From a virus (Duplodnaviria > Caudoviricetes), in the IMG/VR virus record IMGVR_UViG_3300032236_001024, positions 96,001-160,000 of that record: a DNA stretch of 64,000 nt. One strand, written 5' to 3'. Every line of letters starts with the position of its first letter. Position 1 is the first letter of the stretch. Both the position numbers and the translations under genes were made by a program. Under the pieces are notes generated by a model. The model was given only the letters and a program-made list of their open reading frames with translations. It was not told where the DNA came from and searched no databases. Shown here piece after piece: positions 56,937-64,000 of this stretch.

Positions 56937-57845
56937 ATGTGTACAATTGTTGCAAAATATTTTAAGAAAACTGGTTGGGTTTTAGCCAAGAATCGTGACC
57001 AAGATTATGTTTCTCAAATATCTTTTGAAGACGAAAAGGACAAAAAAGTTGGCGAAATACTTCTTATGTATGACTATGAAACAAAATACAAAGAAGGTAT
57101 GAATTATAAAGGACTAGTCATAATAACAACCAGTCTTACACCTACTCTTCTTGGTGAAACAAACGGAAAAGATGGAAAAAATATAGAAATTGCACTCCAT
57201 ATGACTGATCCAATGGAGGCTGCAAAGTTTTTAGTCAAAAATAAAATGACTGGTTATATTTTCTGTGCGACACCAGAAAAATTAGTTTTAGTCGAAGCAG
57301 CAAAAACTGATCAGGGAAAAGGCGAATATCATAGTACAATTCGTGAAGTTTCAAAGACTGAAGTTGTAGCTCGCACAAATCATGGAATTGATTTTGAATG
57401 GGCAGGATTCCAATATGGCGTCATGAAACAACAAGACATTTGGAGAAAATCTAGCGAAATGCGTATGGAACAAGCATTAAAGGCAACCAAAAATTGTAAG
57501 GATGCCAAAGAAATGATTGAAGCCATGTCTAGTAAAATGACTAAAGACTTGCAATTCAATGTCTTTAGAGTAGAAAATAAACCAAGACAAATGCGTACAA
57601 TATTTCAATCAGCTTATGTTCCATCTGAAACAGTATTAATAATCAGACCAATTCAATGCAAGATGGATGTTAACGTAAGCCGTGAAAAAATCCATATTGA
57701 AATTCTTGACAACACAGAACTACATAAAATTTATGATGGAAGAATAAAACACTTCTCAAAAATCGTACAAAAGAGTGATGAAGAATTCAAAACTGTTGTT
57801 CAAGAAGAACAATTTTTAGGATTTAGAGAATACGTAAATTATTAA
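56937..57845 (+). CDS. Ntn-hydrolase-like protein (N-terminal Cys)
   Basis: M-C-T-I start, AKNRD, GMNYKG, RTNH. Confidence 0.65.
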   Translation: MCTIVAKYFKKTGWVLAKNRDQDYVSQISFEDEKDKKVGEILLMYDYETKYKEGMNYKGLVIITTSLTPTLLGETNGKDGKNIEIALHMTDPMEAAKFLVKNKMTGYIFCATPEKLVLVEAAKTDQGKGEYHSTIREVSKTEVVARTNHGIDFEWAGFQYGVMKQQDIWRKSSEMRMEQALKATKNCKDAKEMIEAMSSKMTKDLQFNVFRVENKPRQMRTIFQSAYVPSETVLIIRPIQCKMDVNVSREKIHIEILDNTELHKIYDGRIKHFSKIVQKSDEEFKTVVQEEQFLGFREYVNY

Positions 57846-57848
57846 TAA

Positions 57849-57926
57849 TGGTGCATCAGGAAGGATTCGAACCTTCAACCTTCGGTTTCGAAGACCGCTG
57901 CTCTCATCCAGTTGAGCTACTGATGC
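57849..57926 (-). tRNA. tRNA-Arg(TCG)
   Basis: GCATCAG/CTGATGC acceptor, CTTCGAA loop, CCA. Confidence 0.85.
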
Positions 57927-58122
57927 TGAATAAATTATCAACCAATCCTTTAGCTTCTTCTTCAGTAAATTCCTGCAAGAAAATACGAAAAGATGCCTGA
58001 CACATATTAGATGCAAGAAGAAGTAATTCATTTCTATCATTAGTCATATATATTTGCATTTCAATTGGTGCAAATAATTCTTGTTTCCTCTTCAATAGAC
58101 TTTGTATCTGTTTTTCATCCAT
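57904..58122 (-). CDS. hypothetical protein
   Basis: ORF whose stop lies inside tRNA-Arg(TCG). Confidence 0.45.
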   Translation of the reverse strand: MDEKQIQSLLKRKQELFAPIEMQIYMTNDRNELLLLASNMCQASFRIFLQEFTEEEAKGLVDNLFSISSSTG

Positions 58123-58138
58123 TATAACAACCTATTTT

Positions 58139-58216
58139 TGGAGGGGAAGATGGGAGTCGAACCCACCTAAAAAGGTTTTGCAGACCTTGCCATAACCGCT
58201 CTGGACTCACTTCCCC
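58139..58216 (-). tRNA. tRNA-Cys(GCA)
   Basis: AAGGT-CTGCAAA-ACCTT, U discriminator, CCA. Confidence 0.85.
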
Positions 58217-58226
58217 GTATAAATGA

Positions 58227-58299
58227 TGGTGGAGTAAGTGGGACTCGAACCCACCTCAGATTCCTTGCAAAGGATTCCTGCTTGCCCTGAGCCTACCCC
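58227..58299 (-). tRNA. tRNA-Ala(TGC), atypical D arm
   Basis: G3:U70 pair, TTTGCAA loop, GTGGG-TTCGAGT-CCCAC, ACCA. Confidence 0.65.
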
Positions 58300-58308
58300 A
58301 ATTCTTAT

Positions 58309-59739
58309 TTAGTAATCGTAACGCTCATTCATGATAGTCTTGAGCATGATTGCTTCTGGAGTGAAATCATCCATATCAGCTGCAAGAACTGACTTGACGA
58401 TTGCAGGAGAGAAACCAGAAACAAGAGCAGCACCACGAGTATCATACTTCACAGGTACGTTGTCGTTAGCATTAAGGTTCCAGAAGATGATATTAGGCAC
58501 CTTATAACCAGCTTCAGTATACTTGCGAGCAATCATTTCCATTGCAGAATCATCATGGTGAGTGCACTGATCAAACTGCATATCAGAAAGGATCAACAAA
58601 GCTTCAGGCATTTCCTCTTGAGGAACATTACCATTCTTTGCAACAACAAGGATATTATCCAAAGCCATATGAAGATTGGTGTTCATTTCCCACTTCGAAG
58701 TCACCATCTGCTTGATCTTGTCGAGGATGTTGCCACGAAGATTAAGCAACTGAGGCTGTGAAGAAAACGTTAGGAACGTATCTTTGAACTTACCTTTGTT
58801 CTTGTCAGCAAGATACAGACCCAGTGAGACTGCAACTTCAAGACAAGTTACAGTAGACTTCGACTGCCAACCACCAGCTTTTGTAGTCATTGATCCAGAA
58901 ACGTCAACTAGAGGAAGGATGTTAGCATCGCCAATATAGTTAGGCAAAGCTTCCCACTGAGCAAGGATATGATTCAAATTATGCTGATCATAATGATCAT
59001 AATGATTAATCATACCCTTCAGCACATCATAAGGATACACTGCACCAGCGTTAACCTTGACTTCCTTCTTGACTTCAGGATCAGTCGAAACGAGAGCAGC
59101 AGTCCATTCCTTATACTTTTCAGTATGACGAGAGAACGCCTTCTTATAACGACCAGAAGCAACAGAAGGAACATGGTTGAAGTTGATGTTATCCCAATCA
59201 TTGGCGCACATCTGAGTTTCAACAACCTTAGTCAGTTCAACCAGACGTTTACGATAGAACTTAGGAGTCCAACCAAGGTGGTTACGAAGCTTCACAGCTA
59301 CTTCACCTTGACGAGGCATCCACTTAGCACAGAGACCATTTGAATCCTCAAGGGCATAACGAATTTGTTCAAACGCATAGTATTCAGCACGAGTGCCAAC
59401 AAGAACCAACAGATCATCCCAGCGTCCAAGTTCAGGAACCTTACGCATCATAATCATACAATAGTCCAAATCTTCCTTAGCGAGATCAACAAGGATATCA
59501 CGAAAAATCTTGCGTTCTCCTGCACCTCCACGAACGTCACGAGCCCAAAGTGCAACACGAGTTGCAAGATCAAGGTTCTCAACACGAGCAGCAGTCCATG
59601 AAGGAATTACATCCTTGCCACGCATAGCACCAATCTTAAAGAAAAGATCAGTAACTGCGTTGGCAGTGGACTTACGAGCCTTCATACCATTCTGGGTACG
59701 AACCTCTTGATTGATTACAGCATTCACGAAGGTATTCAT
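58309..59739 (-). CDS. DUF2828 (TROVE-like + vWA) protein
   Basis: RDVRGGAGER, GRWDDL, AKWMPR, VDVSGSM MIDAS, LSDMQFD, IIFWNL, VSGFSP. Confidence 0.85.
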   Translation of the reverse strand: MNTFVNAVINQEVRTQNGMKARKSTANAVTDLFFKIGAMRGKDVIPSWTAARVENLDLATRVALWARDVRGGAGERKIFRDILVDLAKEDLDYCMIMMRKVPELGRWDDLLVLVGTRAEYYAFEQIRYALEDSNGLCAKWMPRQGEVAVKLRNHLGWTPKFYRKRLVELTKVVETQMCANDWDNINFNHVPSVASGRYKKAFSRHTEKYKEWTAALVSTDPEVKKEVKVNAGAVYPYDVLKGMINHYDHYDQHNLNHILAQWEALPNYIGDANILPLVDVSGSMTTKAGGWQSKSTVTCLEVAVSLGLYLADKNKGKFKDTFLTFSSQPQLLNLRGNILDKIKQMVTSKWEMNTNLHMALDNILVVAKNGNVPQEEMPEALLILSDMQFDQCTHHDDSAMEMIARKYTEAGYKVPNIIFWNLNANDNVPVKYDTRGAALVSGFSPAIVKSVLAADMDDFTPEAIMLKTIMNERYDY

Positions 59740-59756
59740 TTCACTTTCTCCTTTTC

Positions 59757-60045
59757 TACAGATTCAACTTTTGTTTGTTTTCAAGACAAATTTTGGTTTG
59801 TTGCGGAACTGAATCTAAACTCAACAGGATACACTTACTGTGGATTCGAACCACTAAGTCTGATTAAAAGTCAGATTGATAACCAATATCAAGTAATTGT
59901 TTGCTGAAGGTATCCTAAAACTCAACAGACTGACCCCTACTTTCATTTTTTTATAGTGGATTTCATCGAAACATAACCACTTTGATTGCCTGTGGGGCAA
60001 TTACCTAGCTTTTTTGATAGGTTTATGCTGAATAGTCAATCTAAA
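59757..60045 (-). ncRNA. array of three structured RNA units with tRNA-arm mimics
   Basis: Covarying closing stems, shared TTC(A/C)GCA motif and CTGTTGAG-TTT(T)AG linkers; inserts contain anticodon-like arms. Confidence 0.7.
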
Positions 60046-60057
60046 TTCTATTAACGT

Positions 60058-60086
60058 ATATTAAAGCATTCTCGACACAGTGTCAA
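60058..60086 (-). promoter_or_regulatory. sigma70 promoter for RNA array/DUF2828
   Basis: TTGACA-N17-TAATAT ending about 13 nt before the first unit. Confidence 0.7.
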
Positions 60087-60294
60087 CATCAAAAATGCCT
60101 TCAACGAAATTTTCTGCACAATCTTCTGCATAACTTATGCTATGCCTACTAACATCACGAACTTCTACCAAAACATCGTTAACATACAATCTAACATGAT
60201 AACCATTATCTGCTTTGATTATATCAGCACGACGCTTTTCATTATTCAAACTACCTGAACTATAAAAGCTAGACAAAACCATGAGTGACTCCAT
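60061..60294 (-). CDS. hypothetical protein
   Basis: SYAEDCAENFV motif seen in T4-like phage small proteins. Confidence 0.5.
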   Translation of the reverse strand: MESLMVLSSFYSSGSLNNEKRRADIIKADNGYHVRLYVNDVLVEVRDVSRHSISYAEDCAENFVEGIFDVDTVSRML

Positions 60295-60302
60295 GTCGTA
60301 AT

Positions 60303-60386
60303 TGGCGGAGGGTAAAGGAATCGAACCATCAACCTTGCGGTGGCAGAGTTTTCAAGACTCTTTGAGCACCTTGCTCGCTACCCTCC
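60303..60386 (-). tRNA. tRNA-Ser(TGA)
   Basis: AGAGT-CTTGAAA-ACTCT, long V arm, G discriminator, CCA. Confidence 0.85.
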
Positions 60387-61553
60387 AATTATTAATTCAG
60401 TGATCATTTCAGCTGTTGCAGGACTTAGCGTCCAACCCAAATGACCATGACCTGTATTATACCATACATTATCTATTGTCCTACACTTTCTAACCACAGG
60501 AAGCATGTTTGGAGTCATAGGACGCAAACCAGCCCAAGGATTAGTGTGTTCTGTAGATATATATGGAAAATTCTTACGCACCCATTTTACTAGTGGATCG
60601 ATTCTGTCCATTCGAATATCATAGTTAATACCAGCAAGTTCTGCCGTACCAGCTACTCGAAGTCTAGAACCCAACCTAGATGTTACAATCTTTGCTTCAT
60701 CATCAAGAAGACTTACCACAGGGGCGTCTTCAATGCCATGACCAACATCAAGAGTAATACTATACCCCTTCACAGGGTAAATGTCAATAGGGTCATGCAA
60801 CTTTTTTGAGAATTCTGCACTATTTACACCAGCACAAAGAACAACATGATCATACAAAGAACGTGATTCTTCAGGATCAGCCTTCATACCATACTCAAAC
60901 TTTACATTGTATTTTGATTTGAGAACTTTTTCCATTTCAACACAGAACTTGTGAATATCGCCATTCATATCAGATGGTGTGAAGGTTCCGCCGATAATGT
61001 CCTTAGAATACTGGAGCGAAGGCTCATAGTGCATCACCTGATTTTTGGTCAGTATGAAACGTTTGATACCAATTTTTTCATAGACCTCATCACAGCTACG
61101 TTTTGCAGCTTCAAAGTACTCTTCGTTTTTATAAAAATGAAGGATACCTTGCTTAGTTAGATTGAAGTTGATCTTTTCCTTTTCTGCAATCTCAAGATAA
61201 TGTTTTCTTGATTCAAGTCCCATTTGTGCGGTAGCAATCGTTCTCTCATTCGCATCACCAGTGAGGCTATGATAAAGAAATTTGCTGATCCACTTGTATT
61301 TTGAAATCGATGGAGTTGGATTAATCAACAAAGGCGCATCCTTCTTGATCATCCATTTCATTCCCTTGATGACATTGGGAACTGTAGTCCATACATCACT
61401 GTTGCTAACTGAAAGCTGACCACCATTTGCATATGAGGTTTTCATAGCTGGGTAGTTCTCTTCGTCAATTACAGTAACATCAACTCCACGCCTAGCTAAA
61501 CTATATGCAGTTGTTATTCCTGTAATACCAGCACCAATAACAAGAATTTTCAT
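60378..61553 (-). CDS. dadA: D-amino acid dehydrogenase
   Basis: GAGITG, TSYANGGQLS, PVKGYSIT, LRVAGTAEL, WAGLRPMTP, NTGHGHLGWT. Confidence 0.9.
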   Translation of the reverse strand: MKILVIGAGITGITTAYSLARRGVDVTVIDEENYPAMKTSYANGGQLSVSNSDVWTTVPNVIKGMKWMIKKDAPLLINPTPSISKYKWISKFLYHSLTGDANERTIATAQMGLESRKHYLEIAEKEKINFNLTKQGILHFYKNEEYFEAAKRSCDEVYEKIGIKRFILTKNQVMHYEPSLQYSKDIIGGTFTPSDMNGDIHKFCVEMEKVLKSKYNVKFEYGMKADPEESRSLYDHVVLCAGVNSAEFSKKLHDPIDIYPVKGYSITLDVGHGIEDAPVVSLLDDEAKIVTSRLGSRLRVAGTAELAGINYDIRMDRIDPLVKWVRKNFPYISTEHTNPWAGLRPMTPNMLPVVRKCRTIDNVWYNTGHGHLGWTLSPATAEMITELIIGG

Positions 61554-61571
61554 TTTACCCTCATATTAAAA

Positions 61572-61645
61572 TGGCACCAGTGGAAGGAGTCGAACCCTCG
61601 CCTGCGGTTTTGGAGACCGCCGTGCTACCGTAACACTTCACTGAT
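61572..61645 (-). tRNA. tRNA-Trp(CCA)
   Basis: GCGGT-CTCCAAA-ACCGC, CCA. Confidence 0.88.
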
Positions 61646-61646
61646 A

Positions 61647-62096
61647 TCAAAATCTCTTAAGAACTACACCAACTTCTATAGCTCCAACAGCTTTAGAATT
61701 ATAGAATGGATCAGGCATCAATCGAACTCTAGCAAAAACATTATCACACTTGATTGATGACTGCAATCCTATCATTGGAGTAACATCATATTTATATCCA
61801 GTGACAACTCCATAATAAGCGCCAGCATGTAAATTCAAACAACCAGATATATTTGCTTTGAAAGGACTCCAATCAACACCAAAATAAGTACTGTTTCTAC
61901 GAATACTATTATGATAGTTTCCAACTTGTGCTCCAAATTCATCCATATCAAGTCTAAGACCAATACCATAATTTTTTTCATTAAAATTATGATTATCTAG
62001 ATGTTTGGAAAATCCATGTCCAACAACAGAAATCTCTTGTGCTTGAACAGAACTAATAGCAATAGAACTCAATAGAGCAATAATTAACTTTTTCAT
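61647..62096 (-). CDS. small outer-membrane beta-barrel, PagP-like
   Basis: Signal peptide; SKH...NEKNYGIG, YHNS, GY, terminal Phe. Confidence 0.5.
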   Translation of the reverse strand: MKKLIIALLSSIAISSVQAQEISVVGHGFSKHLDNHNFNEKNYGIGLRLDMDEFGAQVGNYHNSIRRNSTYFGVDWSPFKANISGCLNLHAGAYYGVVTGYKYDVTPMIGLQSSIKCDNVFARVRLMPDPFYNSKAVGAIEVGVVLKRF

Positions 62097-62115
62097 GATG
62101 ATTCCTTTGAATGGT

Positions 62116-62205
62116 TGGCGGGGAGTATAGGATTTGAACCTATGGTAGACTTTCGCCTACGCTTCGTTAGCAATGAAGTGCTTTAGACCACTCAGCCAAC
62201 TCCCC
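62116..62205 (-). tRNA. tRNA-Ser(GCT)
   Basis: GGCTGAGTGGTCTAAAGC D arm, TTGCTAA loop, long V arm, GCCA. Confidence 0.85.
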
Positions 62206-63090
62206 CTTTCTTTTATACATTTCTGAAATGAAAACACTAAGACACATATCGTCTAGACCATATTGACAATCAACATAATCAGATATTTTTGAATCTGGTG
62301 GAATCAATGAAGTAACAGGATCGCCTTCACGCCTACCAGTTTCAATAACTTTGAAATTGATACCAGTCACATTTTTCATCGTATTAATAACATCACGACA
62401 ACTATATTCATTGCCTGATGCAACACATTCATACTCTGTATTCTTTGGATTGTCAACTGCTTTAACAACTGAATCAACCAAATCTGATACATGAATATAA
62501 TCTCTGATACATGTACCATCGACGGTATCATAATCAGTACCAAACAAATGCATGTATGGTCTAATCCCAACCGCAGTCTCTGCAGCAATTCTAATTATGT
62601 GGGTCGCTTTGCCAATTTGACTAAATGATCCATTATTGCCAGCAACATTGAAAAATCTAAAGATGGTGTAATTTGTGTTTTTTTCTTTTGCATGTTCTTT
62701 AATGATACTTTCTGCTAAGAGTTTGGATTGTGCATATGGTGATGATGCAGGATCAAATGCAGCCGCAGTGGATGCAAAAATAAAATTATCTGTTGGAGCA
62801 TGTTTAAGAATGTTCTTTGTTCCAATAATATTGGTATTTACATAATACCAAGGAACACTAACAGACTCACCTACAGCAAGTAGAGCAGCATAATGGATAA
62901 CAACATCATAGTTACCCCAATACATATCATGTCTGATATCACTAATCATATTCTTTCTTACAAATGGTGATATATCATTTGATGAAGGTTTAATGTCAAG
63001 TGAATCAACTACATATCCACATTCAGCTAATCTCTTAATCGTATGTGAACCAATATAGCCATATCCACCTGTCACTAAAACTTTTTTCAT
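62167..63090 (-). CDS. galE: UDP-glucose 4-epimerase
   Basis: TGGYGYIGSH, VGESV, YAQSK, FRFFNVAG, DGTCIRDYIHV, RREGDP. Confidence 0.85.
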   Translation of the reverse strand: MKKVLVTGGYGYIGSHTIKRLAECGYVVDSLDIKPSSNDISPFVRKNMISDIRHDMYWGNYDVVIHYAALLAVGESVSVPWYYVNTNIIGTKNILKHAPTDNFIFASTAAAFDPASSPYAQSKLLAESIIKEHAKEKNTNYTIFRFFNVAGNNGSFSQIGKATHIIRIAAETAVGIRPYMHLFGTDYDTVDGTCIRDYIHVSDLVDSVVKAVDNPKNTEYECVASGNEYSCRDVINTMKNVTGINFKVIETGRREGDPVTSLIPPDSKISDYVDCQYGLDDMCLSVFISEMYKRKGELAEWSKALHC

Positions 63091-63109
63091 TACATCCTCA
63101 ATCAAATAG

Positions 63110-63184
63110 TGGAGCGGAGAATGGGGATCGAACCCACGACCAACAGTTTGGAAGACTGTGACTCTACCACTGAGTTACCTCCGC
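63110..63184 (-). tRNA. tRNA-Gly(TCC)
   Basis: Canonical cloverleaf, TCCA end. Confidence 0.92.
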
Positions 63185-63194
63185 AAATTATAAA

Positions 63195-63758
63195 TTACTT
63201 ACCTCGTTCTTCTTCAACAGCACGAGCATTCAGATGTGCCATAATATTTTCTGGTGAAGATACGCCATAAGGATCATCTTCTGCGTTATCAACGTAACCT
63301 GGCTCTTCAAACCAAGCTTCAATCAAACCATTGTTAACAACCGCAGCATATCGCCAAGAACGACGTCCAAACCCAAGGTTGTACTTGTTCACAAGCATAT
63401 CCATCGCCATAGTAAACTGACCATTACCGTCGGGGATAACCTTTACGTTCTTAATTTCCTGCTGCTTCGCCCATGCATTCATAACAAACGCATCGTTGAC
63501 TGACAAACAATAAATCTCATCGATGCCATGAACTTCCTGAAACTCGTTATACATCTGTTCGAAGCCAGGAAGCTGGAATGTAGAACAAGTAGGAGTGAAA
63601 GCACCAGGAAGCGAGAAAAGAATAACACGCTTCCCAGCAAAATAATCAGCAGTCGTCATATCCTGCCAACGATAAGGGTTTGGTCCCCCAATCGAATCAT
63701 CACGAACACGAGTCTTGAAAATAGTATCAGGAACTCGCTTAACAATCATATCTTTCAT
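63195..63758 (-). CDS. peroxiredoxin (Prx5-like)
   Basis: LPGAFTPTCS, SVNDAFVM, RSWRYA. Confidence 0.92.
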   Translation of the reverse strand: MKDMIVKRVPDTIFKTRVRDDSIGGPNPYRWQDMTTADYFAGKRVILFSLPGAFTPTCSTFQLPGFEQMYNEFQEVHGIDEIYCLSVNDAFVMNAWAKQQEIKNVKVIPDGNGQFTMAMDMLVNKYNLGFGRRSWRYAAVVNNGLIEAWFEEPGYVDNAEDDPYGVSSPENIMAHLNARAVEEERGK

Positions 63759-63779
63759 AACAAAACTCCATATTATATA

Positions 63780-63998
63780 TTACTTATTGATACGGATAAC
63801 GCCATCCTTATCAACCTTGTTTGCAAACTTCTTAGCAGCTTCGTCGCTAACACCTTTAAGCTTCAAAGCAGAAACAACACCATGACCTGTTTTACCTTGT
63901 GTAAGTCCAGCCTGTGCATGACGATCAAACGTATTATCATCTTCGTCACCACCCATAACAGGATAACGTTTACCAGACTTTACATCTTCAACATGAGT
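63780..63998 (-). CDS. hypothetical protein, C-terminal fragment (5' partial)
   Basis: Open frame from right edge: ...RYPVMGGDEDDNTFDRH...VVSALKLKG... Confidence 0.45.
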   Translation of the reverse strand, partial: THVEDVKSGKRYPVMGGDEDDNTFDRHAQAGLTQGKTGHGVVSALKLKGVSDEAAKKFANKVDKDGVIRINK

Positions 63999-64000
63999 TG

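Noticed and set aside
59757-60045. CRISPR array interpretation of the repeated units
   Set aside because: Constant parts are short and split around self-complementary stems; inserts are structured and vary from about 35 to 90 nt; no cas genes
698-63105. Many short antisense or alternate-frame track ORFs nested in long genes (e.g. 2789-3085, 11224-11586, 12328-12774, 21329-21718, 52512-53012)
   Set aside because: Shadow ORFs of real genes, with no RBS or recognisable motif

Overview
64 kb of an AT-rich, T4-like (Tevenvirinae-related, large myovirus) phage genome. The host is probably an alphaproteobacterium, inferred from an Omp25/RopB-like porin and an alphaproteobacterial-type diacylglucosamine hydrolase; this is not proven. 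Layout: 1-9.4 kb tail-fibre/virion genes, Dps and a spanin pair. 9.4-18.5 kb primase, nrdA, nrdB, glutaredoxin and small ORFs. 18.5-22.1 kb a GC-richer early region of small genes with their own sigma70 promoters and terminators, including a 38-aa ArfA-like ORF missed by the ORF track. 22-24.6 kb T4 RNase H and neighbours. 24.6-64 kb is mostly minus strand: fibre-like genes, a CsgF-CsgG-curlin-FecR-CHASE2 adenylate cyclase-TonB module, thyX, a large glycosyl/methyltransferase cluster, an autotransporter-like protein, dadA, galE, a peroxiredoxin and 15 tRNA genes, several non-canonical. The most striking unexplained structure is a promoter-led array of three covarying RNA units (59757-60045), two carrying tRNA anticodon-arm mimics (Lys-UUU, Ser-UGA), directly upstream of a DUF2828/TROVE-vWA gene. 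All family assignments are from motif recognition by eye, not from database searches.
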